In this document: positions 26,560-44,040 of the stretch, piece by piece
How positions within the stretch are numbered: position 1 is the stretch's first letter
How the letters are laid out: each line of letters starts with the position of its first letter
From: Octopus sinensis
Taxonomy: Eukaryota
Assembly: GCF_006345805.1 (NCBI RefSeq)
Contig: NC_043012.1
Location: 51,336,001 to 51,400,000, forward strand
DNA length: 64,000 bases
Direction: 5' to 3'
The notes under the pieces: generated by a model
What the model saw: the letters and a program-made list of their open reading frames with translations, nothing else
What the model was told of the DNA's origin: nothing
Databases searched by the model: none
Translations under genes and position numbers: made by a program

Positions 26560-27600
26560 AGAAAAACATGATTAAAACAATATTTTTTTCGTTAATATAA
26601 TTTTCATTGCTTTCTAGAACTTCATTCCATCTATGGACAAGTTCATAAATGCTAAGCTTCTAAAATTGTTTAGGTTTTAATGCGACATATGAATCCGACT
26701 GATTTTCAACCTCTTCTCTTCATGTCAACATAAAACCATTCAAATGTTTCTGTAGTCCCTGAAGCATGTGATAATCAGAAGCATCAAGGCCTGGAAAATA
26801 TGGTGGATGAAGCAATATTTCCCAAACAATTTCTTCCAAGATATCATAGGTCAGTCGACCTGTGTAAGGCTGAGCATTATTATGGTGGAAGATGACACCC
26901 TTTCTGTTGTCTAAGCCGGATCGCTTTCTCTTCAAAGCAGGTTTCTTTCAAACGATGATGTTAATCACAGGAGAGGTTAGCAGTAATTGTTTGATTGTTG
27001 TCTAACAGTTCCTAGTTGATAGTTCCTTCAATATCCCTCCATACACACATCATCATCTTCCTTGGGGGAAATCTTCCTCTTGATTGTTGAACAGGTCTTT
27101 CTCCTCGACTGATCCACAATCAGCGTTATGGTAAAGGATCCACTTCTCATCACCTTCCTAAAATAGATCATTAAGGTGTCATGGAAGCAATAACTAACAA
27201 CAAACATCACTCTGTTGCAGATTCTCTGGAGACAGTTCGTGTGGAACCCATTTTCCAACTACTGAAACTTTTTGCGTGCTTTTCAGTTGGCGTAGAACAA
27301 TTGTATGGGCTACGTTAAACTGTTCTGCAAGTTCTTTACAAGTAGCAGTTGGATTTTTTGTGGCAACGGCTTCCAACTGAACAGAATCAAATTGCGTTGC
27401 ATGACCTTCATTTGGCATGGCTTTCAGACTCAGATCCCTACTTCTGAAGCGAGAAAACCATCTCCTGCAACTTCGTTCATTCACTACATCATTCCCATAA
27501 ATACTCTGAAGAGACTTTACTGCTGTGCTTGTATTGAGACCTTTATGAAACTCATAAAATATGCCTAATGTAATCTTTAGATGGGATGAACATGGGTGCG
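26560..27600 (-). mobile_element. Mariner transposase pseudogene
   Basis: Minus-strand motifs RSCRRWFSRFRSRDLSL, GKWVPHELS, GDEKWILYHN, FHHNNAQPY and HPPYFPGLDASDYHM, with frameshifts and stops. Confidence 0.9.
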
Positions 27601-27684
27601 AATATAGCAGAAGATTATGGCCAATACAATTACAATCTCAGAGAAAAATCTTATAAGTTACTTATTGTGACATTCTTAAAACGT

Positions 27685-28110
27685 TACTCTTTTACTCTTT
27701 TACTTGTTTCAGGCATTTGACTGTATCCATGCTGGAGCACCGCCTTTAGTCGAGCAAATCGACCACAGAACTTATTCTTTGTAAGCCTAGTACTTATTCT
27801 ATCGGTCTCTTTTGCCGAACCACTAGGTTACGGAGACGTAAGCACACTAGTATTGGTTGCCAACCGATAGTGTGAGGGGGCAAACACAAACAAACACATA
27901 TATATACATACAGATATATATGTATATATATATATATATATATATACGACGGGCTTCTTTCAGTTTCCGTCTACCGAATCCATTCACAAGTCTTTGGTTG
28001 GCCCGAGACTAGAGTAGAAGACACTTGCCCAAGTTACCACGCAGTGAGACTGAACACGGAACCATGTGGTGTGAAAGCAAGCTACTTACCACACATCCAC
28101 TCCTGCGCCT
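27685..28110 (-). mobile_element. SINE family A, full-length copy
   Basis: Collinear with 18504-18939; ends ccactcctgcgcct. Confidence 0.9.
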
Positions 28111-29021
28111 ATGCAAGGGACACAGTTTTAAAAAAAGGGACACAGTTATTAAAAAGAAAGTACACAATTTAAACAAAAATACCATGTAAAACTGTTTTCT
28201 AAAAAGTTAGCTATTAACTTTGCACTAACCTGATATAATGAAGACAACAATACAGGATAGATTGAAGCACTTTCAGTGAAGGCTGAAATATGTCCTCTAC
28301 ATATCCTCTATTCAAACATATGTACATGTATATAGATGTGTGTAAACATAGACTCAAACCTTCACACATATTCATATATATGTGTGTTTAGAGAGAGACA
28401 AGGTGGGTTGATTAACAAATTTTTTCACGACAGTGGTTGTTTAACTAAAAGAAGTAAATTATTCATACCTTGTATATACGAAGAAAAGCAACTTTTGTGC
28501 ATATACCAACATCCCTGTCTTCTGTATTTGTTCGTGGTGGATAAATAAGGGTTTCGAAATGTCGCGTTAAAAAGTGTACAAGTGCCTCATATTATACTAA
28601 GAGTATAAACTGAGTATTTCCACAATTTCATGAAGTAAATTATAAACGTGAATTTGAAACATCTATCTTTGTACGTGTCACTCGCACAAAAATAAGCATA
28701 TAAATGTTGAGAGACATTGTATATTTATATACGGGAATACTTCCGAATTTGTGAAACAAATCAGACGAATAATAGTTATTGCTCTTTAGTTTGGAGTGTG
28801 AGACATTTGGAAGAAATATTCAGGAAATCAATGAACGTATTTGTTACATATGCATAATATTTCAGAAGACTATTTTGCTATGTTTACTGTATCACATGTT
28901 TGGAATATCAATAGCTAACTCTGGATGTATAATTAGTTCGTGATTATTCATAGAATTCTTTTTAATCCAGATTAACTTTTAAGAACAATTCGTCACGTTT
29001 AGAATTTGAGTCGGGTAAGTT

Positions 29022-29400
29022 TTAACAATAAAAGACAGCATTGATGAAAAGCTACGGTCCAATGGTGTTAGAATGAATGTAGTAAATTTGCTGCTCGCAA
29101 AATTTACATGTCGGCACTTACCATTATACGGACATATAGATAAATATATGTACACACACACATAAATATATATATATATATATATGAATATATGCATAAG
29201 CATATATATGTACATATACTTATCTATATGTACGTATAATTGTATGTGCCGACGTTTAAAATTTTAACAATAGAAGACATCAATGACGAAAAGCTACGGT
29301 CCAATGGTTTTACAATGAACGTCATGCGTTCTGTAGTAATTTTGGTGGTCCCAAACTTTACATCTCAGCACTTACAATTATACTTACATATAGATAAGTA
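29022..29400. repeat. Diverged tandem duplication of a roughly 130-bp unit
   Basis: tttaacaata..gaaaagctacggtccaatggt..tttacat..gcacttac.attatac..acatatagataa occurs at about 29022-29150 and 29263-29400. Confidence 0.85.
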
Positions 29401-29427
29401 TATGTAGAAATATACATATACAAATAC

Positions 29428-29498
<71 letters not shown>

Positions 29499-29499
29499 C

Positions 29500-32460
<2,961 letters not shown>

Positions 32461-32685
32461 CCCACGCCCGCACACATAAAATAAATAAATAAATTTTTTT
32501 AAAAATATATATGTGCACATTAAAAGATTACTTATTTGTAGAATTTGCAGCTTTTACAATTTAGCATTATTTTTATTTATAAAAATATATAAATACATAG
32601 ATGAATAAATATCATATAATATAACATAACATGCTATGAATATAATATAATATCAGGAAATAAAAAAATTATTAAGAAACCTATA

Positions 32686-32918
32686 TAACCAACAATTTGT
32701 TTCGACTTATATACGTTATTTGATTAACATGGGTATTTCCAAAGCTTTCGTCCAAATGACAAACGAAATTCCGTGTGAAAGGACGACTGGATTACAAAGC
32801 CACTATTCACCCTGAATTTCGTCTATCGGCTGAACCAAAGCTCTGAAGAGAGTTATATAAATGGCTATAAACTGTGTATGAGTCAAATAACGTATATAAG
32901 TCGAAACAAATAGTTGGC
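32686..32918. repeat. Fold-back element whose right arm contains a hammerhead-like fold
   Basis: caatttgtttcgacttatatacgttatttga pairs with tcaaataacgtatataagtcgaaacaaatag; acgaaattc/gaatttcgt closes the centre; CTGAAGA at 32843 and GAAAC at 32903. Confidence 0.8.
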
Positions 32919-33182
32919 GGTCTTTGTTTTTAATATTTTTTAAAAACATATGATCTCACATTATATGATACTCATAGTAATATTATTTTTATAGTATGAT
33001 ATAAATAAATTATTACATTGTCTATTGGATGTCTGTATTTAATTTACTGTTTGTAATTTGCATTATACCCCTATTTCTGTGGTATTCAAATGATGTACTA
33101 GTGAATTGGATATTTTACGCAGCCGTTTTAAGAAATTCCTTTCCTTAATTTGTTACTTTAATATATATATATATATATATAA

Positions 33183-33342
33183 AGGTGCAGGAGTTGCTTG
33201 GGGGTAGCTTACTTAATAACCCCATGGTTCTGAGTTTAGTTCCACTGCGTGTCACCCTCGCTAGTGTCTTCTGCTATAGCCTCGGGCCAACCAAAGCGTT
33301 GCAAGTGGATTTGGTGGAAGAAAACTGAAAGAAGCCTGTCGT
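33183..33342 (+). mobile_element. SINE family A head
   Basis: aggtgcaggagttgct..ccactgcgtg..gtggatttggt..aaactgaaagaagcctgtcgtata. Confidence 0.85.
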
Positions 33343-34146
33343 ATATATATATACGACATATATGCACATATATGCATATATATGCATATATATACGTGTG
33401 TGTGTGTGCGTGCGTGTGTTTCTATCTATATATTTATGTATATGCATATATTTGTGTGCATATACAAACACACACAGACATATATATCATATATCGGAAG
33501 ACTGAGAGAGTGAGCTAGAGTTTTCTGTAGTTGTAAACAAAGTAAAGATATCGGGAGCAAAATGCCACCAGAGAATGCTACCGTCATTCTCGTGGGTCTG
33601 TCATTTCGCTATCTTACATAATATTAAAGATACAGAAGTTGTTGCCGAAACATTTTCTACCAGTGTAATCATATTATATATTCGTAATGCAATTATGTAC
33701 TGATATTGCTATAATATGCCGTATTATTCAATTTTAGAATATATGAAAATTTAATATTGCAATGTGTGAGTTTTCAAATGTTGTGAAACATTATTATTGT
33801 CTTTGTGTACCCTTGTGTGTATGAATGTATCTTTTCTACATTTATATATAGATATTTCTATATACATATACCTATACACAGGCACACGCATACATATAAA
33901 TGCAATGCAATAAGTTTATTTTTATAGATTTCAATGTGGATACGCGCCAATGAAGAGTTACTGAGATGTGAATCCAAAATATCAAAATATATAGACAATT
34001 GTTCTGAAATCCTTGTACATACGTACACAATTTATCACACACGCTTTGATACATACATAAATATACACTTGCATATACATGCATACATATATGCACATAT
34101 ATATTTTTCTGTGTATACATATGAACATTAATATATATATACATAT

Positions 34147-34182
<36 letters not shown>

Positions 34183-34504
34183 GAGTGAGATGTATATATA
34201 GATATATATACATATTGTGCACATATGCACTTGCATTAATACATGTGTGTATATATGTAAGCGAGGGGTGCGTGTATAAATTCTTTAGCACAAGCATGTA
34301 GGCACCCATACGTACCTATTTATGTACACGTATCTTTGCTTTCTTTCAGAGTGGTCACAAGAACATTAAAATAGCAAAATGTACACCGACATACATATGA
34401 ACATACACATAACACACATATACAATCATATTTATTCATCTGTCTATCTATCTCTCCTCCTTTCTCTCTCCATAAAAATATATATATATATATATTATAT
34501 ATAT

Positions 34505-34585
<81 letters not shown>

Positions 34586-34624
34586 TATGCATACATACAT
34601 ACATACACACATACACACACACAT

Positions 34625-34657
<33 letters not shown>

Positions 34658-36418
34658 CACATATTTATACACATATACATATATAGCTTCTTATATATGT
34701 TGTTGAAATTGAAGAGATTTTTCTATCTTAGTAAAATATAAATAGCTAAGTGAAAAGAAACGAAAAAAATAGGTTAGTTTTAAGTAAACACAGCATTATT
34801 TGTACAAATAAAGTTTTGCAATAAATGTTAAAGTTCAATGCAAAACTACTAACTAAAAGAAATTATCTAAAATAAAGCATTTATTAAAACAAACCATGTT
34901 TCTTCAGTGACCTTTTTACTTAAAAACGCTTTTGTATCTTACAATGTTCGATGATAAAAAAGGAGATATTCTTTCTGTGATTTGTTTTCAAAAAGGGAGA
35001 AAGAACTATAAAAAAAGTTTGAAAATGAAACTGAAATAAACTTCAATATTCCTTGAAACAAAAAATAAATAATAAAATAATATTTTATGATACAGAAAAA
35101 GATGTAAAAAATGTAAAAAATGTACTCTATGTTCATCTGAATATTTTAATTCCTTCATGAGGGTTTCTTGAATATTTCATTGTTCATGTATATATTATAT
35201 ATTTATTATTCCTTGCTAAATAAATACCGAACATAACAGGAAATAAATGGAAAACTTTCAATAGCGGTCTTGCCTGAATACAAGTGCATTTTGTGAAATA
35301 TACAAGTCTTCATTTTCATTTATTTATATATTTATTTATTGATGATAGAAAAAGTCGATATCAGAAACATAGAAAACACTATCAGATAAAATCGGAAACA
35401 CTATCAGTTCTGAAACATAACTTCAAATTCCTTTATTCAAGTAATATAAAATATATGTTATATATAAAAAAAAGTTATTTTCTTAATCGAAGATATTTAG
35501 ATTAACTCATATACTTAAGAATAGTTTATATTTACATAAACTATCTAACGGGGAAAATAAAACCTTATTTTGCGAATGAAATATTCCAGCAAATCATACG
35601 TTTGTGAAAACTAATTTATTTATTTATTTATTTATTTATTTTTTCTTCTCGTCCTATAGGCACAAGCCTGAATTTTTAAAGGATGGGGATACTCGAGTAC
35701 ATCGACCTTACACCTTTGCTGAATCTGTAGCTAATAATATTAATTAATTTTATCTAATTATTTGTTGGAAGCTCTAACTGCTTTTCCAACGCAACAACTT
35801 AGTATTTATAATAATAAAAAAAATTAATACTTTGTACTAAAGGCAGAAGGCCTGAAATATTTGATGATTTGTCGATTACAATGACATCAGTTCTAAGGGA
35901 TGAAAATCAAAACCTAGCTCGATGGAATTTAAAACCATAATAAAATAACGGAAAAAAGTAATCGCTAAACGCCTGTCCCACGATTTTGCTAGCTCACCGC
36001 CTTAAACTCTGATTTCAATTAAATTATATTTTAAGAGAAGTATGCAGTTCACAACCATGAATTTCATACTCCACTATAAATGCTAAGTAAATTTTTAATT
36101 TGAGTTGCAAGATATATTGGTTTTAAGGTAATGTCAACAATATGAAATGGCAGGGCTTTGGCGAAATAAGGTGATGTTTTACCTATTTAGTATGTAATTA
36201 CACATAAATGTAAATTAGCATATTTTCATAGAATTTTCGCAGGAAAGAGAAACTCTCATAAATCGATTGGTTAGAAATCGCAAATACATTATCTAAAATA
36301 ATTTCTGTTTTGCAATTACGAAATGATACAATGGAAAAAATAAACAGTAACCACATATTTGATATAATCTGAAAGTACATTGTTAGAGATGCATTTTGTT
36401 GCATACGGATTATATGTG

Positions 36419-36454
<36 letters not shown>

Positions 36455-36484
36455 TATATATTATATAAACATATATATACATAC

Positions 36485-36532
<48 letters not shown>

Positions 36533-36634
36533 ACCCACATATATCTATATATAGTTGGTTATATATGAAAGCATATGTTTATGTGTGTGTATATATTTAC
36601 ATACACATATACATATGTTTGCATATGTGTGTAT

Positions 36635-36714
<80 letters not shown>

Positions 36715-38269
36715 ATACATATGTATACATGTCTTTATATATGTATGTATGCATGTATACTTTAATTTATTTTGCAACGGAAGTACACGCAGACGATATG
36801 AGTAATTAGATAGATGGATTATTCGACGGATAACATTTGAAGCATTTTATAGCAAAACAAAACTTTCATAAAATGTCGAATAGATTTTAAATGTTCACTT
36901 TCGAAAGAAACGTTTATAATGAATTATATGTGACGGATATTTTTAAAACCCATGAAGCTGCTGACACAAATAGCATGTTGGGTAATTTGTCTACATTTCT
37001 TCTCATCAGATGAACGTTACCTATATAGCCAACTTGGAAACTCGACGCCATTTTAGATTACCAGCATTTTATGAGGAACAATAGAGGAGGCATGTTGGCA
37101 GAGATTTCAGTGTTACAAATTCGGCAACATGTGATGTGGAATTCGAAAATCAGCATGCAGTCACTTTGATCTTTTCATTTTATCTCTATTATTTTAAAAG
37201 TCGATACGTTGTGATTTGCTTTGTTTCGTTTGTTTATTCTGTATTTCTACTTCTCTAATGGGACGCATTCCAAGGTGAGATAGAGAGAATGAAAAAGGGA
37301 AACAGAGAGGTAAGGAAATAGAGAGGGAGAGAAAGCGAGAGAGATTGAAATCTACGCTTTTGCTCCAAAATGTTTTTGATCATTTTATCTGTTAGAGATT
37401 CAATGATAAATTTCTTTTATTCTTAAAAAAAAATATGTATATTATCGTCTGCTGTCTTTCATATTAAAGCCCTTAATGTTCTTCTACAATAGGAGATTCT
37501 CTTTTGAATTCCATAATACATATGCGTTTCGAAATAATTTTATTGAATTAGGCTTTAGTGCATATTCCTCTTTGATTTTTCAGACAAAATTTCTGTTTTT
37601 ATTCGAACAAATAGTAAATAAAATTGAATTATACACAAAGAATGTAAGAAATAATGACAAAAAAAGACAACAAAAAAAGAATAGAGGCGTTAGTCTACAC
37701 ACACAAAAAAAAGTATTATAAATTCATTTACATGTTTGCTTTTTTTCTTTTCTTTTCATCAAAAAGTTATTATGAAGTGGAGCATGTTATGTTTGTGTTA
37801 GATTATCTTTATGACAACATTTGCAATGAAAACTATAACGATCCAAATCACAGTTGTTCAAATGTTTAACACGTAATACACATTCCTCACCACTTTTGGT
37901 TAAAACTGTAGATAATAGCGTGTCTGACGTTAATGTTTGCATGAAATAAGAACTATACTTACTCTACTTATAAATGAAATGTAATTAGAGAAGTATATAT
38001 TACTTAAACTAAGACAATTTACAGAATATTGAAGACAATAACTGCAAAAACATATATAGCAAAACATGATTCCACTGATAGAAGATACAAAAATAAATTA
38101 TATATTTTCCTCAGAAACATAAAAACATTTTCCAATATTCTCTCACGCATAGGTACGTACAGACAGACACCACCCGCATTAACACATACATATTTAAACT
38201 TCCTTTCACGTTGAATATAAAATTCTTTTACGCAGTCGACCACAACAGCAACGATATATCAGCCCTTAA

Positions 38270-38990
38270 CCAATTCCTTCATAGCTACAACGTATCTGTT
38301 CTTGCACTGTTGCAGTCCTTCATAATCCTCTGCTTAACTGAAGTCTTCCTCACATTTAAATGATCCTGTTTCAATGATCAACTTTGTTACTATGTGTATT
38401 ATGCAAAGGTCATTGTAGGATACGATGAGGTACAATTCATTATCCAATTCATGTTACCTCTCCACAGCTTTCCGATCGTTGTAATGACAAATGCCTGGAT
38501 GTTTTCACACATATCAGACAGTTGATCCATAACTTAATTACTTTTAATAGCTATTTTCGTTCCGCACGAGCATTCACATATTTCGCTTCCGACTCCCTGA
38601 AAGATATCTCCATCACCAATAAATATAAATACTTCTTCACCTCTCTGCATTACAAGCCTACTTCTATCCACTCCTCAACGCACTGGTAAATCAAATCGTA
38701 ATGACGTTTTCTCCAACTTTACCATCCTCGTCGAATCTGCAACAAAATTTCGGATTTCGAACGTGAATGCGATAAAATGCTGCATTTCTTCTTTATTGAG
38801 GCTATATCTAATCAGCTGCAATCCCTACACATCATCTTTTATCCCCACATAAACCTTCAGACTGGATTCCACATGTCTCCATCTTTAACGTCCCATCCTC
38901 GAATTGAAACGCACACTATTCGGGTTATAAATCTGTGACATCACAAGCCTTCCGATCATTACACAACTACATCTCTTTGCTTTAAAGAAA
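38270..38990 (-). mobile_element. Highly decayed mariner transposase relic
   Basis: Minus frames give RNPKFCCRFDE and EDYEGLQQCKNRYVVAMKELVKG*Y, resembling the mariner RNP.DFL.R..T.DE and G...L..RW.KC..L.G.Y motifs. Confidence 0.5.
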
Positions 38991-39431
38991 GAACAGTAGA
39001 GAGAAATACTCCAGCAACATCATAGAAATTCCTCAGAGTGAGGCAAGCAATGATTTTCTGTTTAGAAGGCTACAGCCAGCAATGGCTCTAAATCACTGTA
39101 CGATAACCTGCAAATGCCCTGGTACCTATCTGCCCATCTTATATACGGCAAATATTGATATGTACATTTTACTGATGATTTTAGCGAGCACATTCATGGT
39201 AGAATACTTCATGTGCCAGGCCTATGGGAGACCGATTCCTTCTTGGGAACGAGTCACTAATTTTCAATGTCCGGTGTGACTGAGGTCTCGCCAATATTCT
39301 GCACAAAAACGGGAAACAGAAGAGCGGTGTTTCCTTTTCAAACACAATCTACGTGTTAAAGAACAATACATTTATTTTCACATATTTGACACTCCTAATG
39401 CAGCGGTATCAGCTGTATTCTTTCGTTTGCA

Positions 39432-39850
39432 GACAATTCATCGAGAGACAATTCACCGACACACAATTCACCGACAGAAAATTCGCCGATTGTACAATTG
39501 GCTGATTGGACAATAAGTCGACATGCGTAGTATCGATCATGGAGTTCCAAACGGAACGAGAAGACCGACAGTTTCTATATAAAGGGTACGTCTAGATAAT
39601 TGATAAAATCAGAAAAAGAAAAGGACTTATTGGGCATGCACAAATCGTAACGAGTGAAGTGCTAGAATGAAAACGATTGAGGATAAAATTAGTGCAACTC
39701 CTTCTGAACACGTACGTCCACGTACGCCGATTGAAAATCAAGATGCAAATGTTAAGGAAGAAATAAACCTTCTTGCTGGACAAGTTGAACAATTGACGAG
39801 TGTGTGAAAGAGAATTTTGAAAATCGCTATGATAATCACATGGCTTGTTA
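39432..39850 (+). mobile_element. Mutator/MULE-like 5' end with 15-bp subterminal repeats and a FLYWCH zinc-finger relic
   Basis: About six gacaattcaccgaca-like units (39432-39523), then ATG at 39539: MEFQTEREDRQFLYKGYV*IIDK, frameshift, TYWACTNRNE*SARMKTIEDKISATPSEH. Truncated by a SINE head near 39862. Confidence 0.7.
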
Positions 39851-39861
39851 TAGATATAATC

Positions 39862-40013
39862 GTAGTTGTGTGGTAAAAACTTCTTTTCCAATCACAGGGC
39901 CCCGGGTTCAGTATCATTGCGTGGAACCTTGAGCAAGTGACTTCTCCTATACGCGGGGCAGACCAAAGCCTTGTGAATAGATTTGGTAGAGGGAAACGGA
40001 AACAAGCTCGTCG

Positions 40014-40066
<53 letters not shown>

Positions 40067-40195
40067 ATATGTGTGTGGCCTGCTGGCTTAGCCGGCGGGG
40101 TAGCGTCATTTGAAGGCTAAAACAATGCGAAGCGCATTGTGACCAGCGATATGTAGCAGCATCTTATAGCCTGGTTAGTCACGGTGATCACGGTC
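39862..40195 (+). mobile_element. SINE family A head, (TA)n, and an alternative tail
   Basis: Head homologous to 21651-21800; after the (TA)n a different body, ggggtagcgtcatttgaaggctaaaacaatgcgaagcgcattgtgaccagcg. Confidence 0.75.
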
Positions 40196-40252
40196 ATATA
40201 TTTATGTATATGTGTATATATATATATACATATATATTATATATATACACAT

Positions 40253-40289
<37 letters not shown>

Positions 40290-40521
40290 CTCACACACAC
40301 ACACACATCGATCTTCAGAATGCGTTCAAACGAATTTTTCCACCGTCTAGGCTCAAAAAAATCCGTTTCCTTGTTTGATTTTATGTTTTCGTTTCTCGTT
40401 GTGTTCTACGTTTATTTGTGGTGTCCTGTACTCATATATATATGTATATATGCATGTATATACATATAGATGTAGGTATGTACATATATGTATGTATGCA
40501 TATGTATTATTTATTAAATTG

Positions 40522-40572
<51 letters not shown>

Positions 40573-40630
40573 GATACACACAAACGCACACAAATAGAGA
40601 GATCAAGAGATTGATAGAGAAAAAGACAGG

Positions 40631-40706
<76 letters not shown>

Positions 40707-41382
40707 AATCCCCGCCTTTGTATGTGTGTTTGTGCATAACAAGTTCTATATGAAATTTTCATTACCATTATGTATTTATTTGTTATATTCATGCTATGGT
40801 TTTATGCACTATGAAAGTCTGCTTGCCAAAATTGAAAATATAATTTTAACAAATCCGTTATACATATCGTATTTCTTTCATGTATTAATGTAGAAATCCG
40901 GCCCTATATGACAGAAATAATAAATAACTTCCTGTACGTGTGCACGTACACTCCAACACGAATATACATTTGCCTTTCTAAAAGGAACTATAATAACAAA
41001 GATTCTATTAATTCTGAGGCACAACTTATCCTCTTTTATAAGCGCGCACCTGTTGCACTGGTATAATAGGTTATTCAGTTTGACAGACGGACGGAAGGGA
41101 TGGCTATGATGACTAAGATCTCTAGTATTAAGGACTTTCCTTTTAACTATCATTGATTAACAGTTCTTTAAGTATCGAGATGAACTGCGAGTGTATTTTA
41201 CCGTGTCTGAAAATGATGTATTTCATTCCCACAGATTCCCTAGTGACAGAGAGAGGGGGGAGAGGGTATGTAAGAGAAAATAATTATTTTCGCATGTCTA
41301 ATTGTATTTCATGTATAGTTCTTTTTTTGTTGTGCTTCTTTGTTATCTAGTACATCAATATAATTGAATGCTTATAAAATTA

Positions 41383-41603
41383 TACGAGAGGTTGCTGATA
41401 AATTCCTGCCTTTAAGGGTATCGCGCAAAGCCTGGCTATAGGACCAATCTTCCGATTTCTTTTACAGGGCGTAGAAAAACTCAAGGACTGCTGGTATAAG
41501 AGTTTGAATCTGAGAGAATAATGCGTTGAATAAAATCATAATTTAAAGGTCCTCCTGTATTTTCTCATACTTAAAGCCAGGAACTTTTTGGCACCCCTAT
41601 CTA
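41383..41603 (+). mobile_element. Mariner-derived MITE
   Basis: Imperfect TIRs tacgagaggttgctgataaattcctgccttt and aaagccaggaactttttggcacccct; the interior retains a GVEKLKDCWYKSLNLR-type transposase C-terminus. Confidence 0.8.
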
Positions 41604-42179
41604 TATCATAATCTTAGGAAATTAAAAGAAGGTATTTCCGATTTTCTAAGTGGCTGAACCTGAACGCGGAACATAAATATATGTGAGTGTAAAGGAGCAT
41701 TACAATTCTGTTAGAATCATTCTTCTAAATTCATTTATTCATAATTTTTTAAAATCTCATGATATTATATGATTTTCACCAATGATGCTGCCTTTAGTAG
41801 TGCAGATACTACTACGCACGTACATCTCCGATAGCGGTTGCTTTCAGTACAAATGTACAGTTACCTGCATAGCTGGACGAAACATATTTACATGCTTGAA
41901 ATCACCATGGTCAGTTATATATATATGTTTCAACATTGTGTATGGCTTTATTATATGATACTTAGTATAGCTAATCAGACAGTTATATTTCGTATTTACT
42001 GATATAATTCATAATTCATTTGTTGAATTTTAAAGTGATTCGATAATTAATTGCACTGATTTATATTAGACTGTATTACTTGTATGTCGATCCTTCGATA
42101 GTTCATCCAGAACAGGAACTTACTGTAGGCATATTGGTTTCAGTTATTGACACTTGGCCAGGAATTTCGTGGGAAGGTG

Positions 42180-42355
42180 TTAAATCGTTGGAATCGAACC
42201 ACAGTGCTCAAATGGTACTTATTTTATTGGTTTCTGAAAGGAAGAAAGAAGGCAAATTTGACCCTGGCGGAACTTGCACTCAGGACGTAAAGATGGACGA
42301 AATGTCGTTAAGCCTTTTGTCTGGTGCAGTAACATTCTGCCAGCTCGCCGCCTTT
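42180..42355 (-). mobile_element. SINE family B, diverged
   Basis: Reverse complement of the gcgagctggcagaa..gttac..gagttcaa head and the core domain. Confidence 0.7.
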
Positions 42356-43879
42356 TTACCTGTTTGCATATTAATGCCATAATACCATAATTGTTAACTA
42401 ATCTCTCTTGAAACCATTAATATATATTTGATATTTATATATAAATCGGAAACTGTATGTGAAAATTAAACTGGCTTTGACGTGAACAAAGGGGGGAACC
42501 GTTGAATTAAACATTTAAATGAACCTTGAACACTAACTCACCAGAATTTCGGCTTTCATCATTCACATTGTTCAATGAATATAAATAACTAAAATCATAA
42601 AGAAAGAAGGAAATAATAATATAAACTATACATAAATAGAAAACAAAACACTGCTTCCTTGTGATGTAGTAGTATAGCTTTTAATGTCGTTGTATTTTTG
42701 TTTTTAATTTTACATTATATGATGTAGTTGCATCCGAATTCTAAGGGACGGTATATTTGAAATATTTCATACTTAATAAAAACTATATCAGCTTCTCAAA
42801 CTGATATCATTGCCTTTTTCTTATAATACATAACACTCTATTCAATGGTATGCAATTTGTTTTTCACAAATCACTTTTTGTGTTTTGCTTAGGAAAAAAT
42901 TAAGTTTAGATTAAAAGATTAAAACTTTTCCTGATATTTTCATTGCTTTATTATGTGACTTTTTAAAAAGAATTTGCTCTTTTTTTAAATTAGATTTTGA
43001 GAGAAGAGTTTGTAGAAAAGGTACATGATTGTCCCGTCCTCCTTTCTTCATTGAACATAAGCTTGGAATTGTTTGAATTTTATATTTTCTTTTTCATGTA
43101 CTTCGAAGAAATTTTGAAACGAATAATAGTAGTAACTCTCCAAATATTGTGTTGGCAGTAAGCAAAAAATATGAAAACAAAATTCTAATGTACATCAGGG
43201 TATAAGTAATTTTATTTACATAACTCTCCTAATATTATAAAATGAGAAAGTTACACGAATTCCTAACAAAATAAAATTAACAAATAAGCTGAACTTACAA
43301 AGCATCAAGATACTGATGACTAATACAAATACCGTGAAATGGCGGGGGTGAACGCCGGTAGGGTATAGTCGGATGATAAGAATCATAAAAGCTAATTTGA
43401 ATGCAGTAGAATTTGCAGAGTAACCCTCAGTAAATGGTTTCTGCTCAATTCAATTATTAGGCTATACCAAACATTCCTTTAGCGATTTTATTTTCTACTT
43501 TATTTAACTAGAAAATCTGACGCAAAATGAATATTGTTATGCACGATTAAATTCCAATTTTTCGTCTGTTCTATGTCATCTTGAATTTCCGGGAAACGTT
43601 TCACCCTTCTAATTCAACAGTATTTGGCAATGAAATTTATTCAAAACTGATGTATGTATGAACTTGCTAATGTGGAATTTCTGTAAAAATTTACTTCGTT
43701 CAGCAAAAGTAAATATACATTCGCACGTGCAATTTGGAAAATAATCACACTTACCTTAGCCATCACATGTATCAGCATTTTAAGAAAACGCCATTATTCT
43801 AAAATGTTGCAATGACTTATTGCTTTCTTTTGTAGTTTTTTATCGATATGTATCCTTCTTCTTAGTCAAGTATATTCTG

Positions 43880-44040
43880 CGAGCTGGCAGAAACGTTAGC
43901 ACCCCGGGCGAAATGCGTAGCCGTATTTCGTCTGTCGTTACGTTCCGAGTTCAAATTCTGCCCAGGTCGACTTAATCCCTTTGTCTGTCCTTGTTTGTCC
44001 CCTCTATGTTTAGCCCCTTGTTAGTAGTAAAGAAATAAGT
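43880..44040 (+). mobile_element. SINE family B with central deletion
   Basis: gcgagctggcagaaacgttagc..gttccgagttcaaattc head fused directly to the tttgtcccctctatgtttagccccttg tail. Confidence 0.8.

Noticed and set aside
36198-36370. Signal-peptide-like MWLLFIFSIVSFRNCKT after a good acceptor
   Set aside because: T-rich DNA yields hydrophobic frames by chance; there is no convincing donor and the frame closes after about 56 codons.
39432-39523. Short direct repeats as a CRISPR-like array
   Set aside because: The units are contiguous 15-mers with no spacers, the context is eukaryotic, and they sit before a transposase-like relic.
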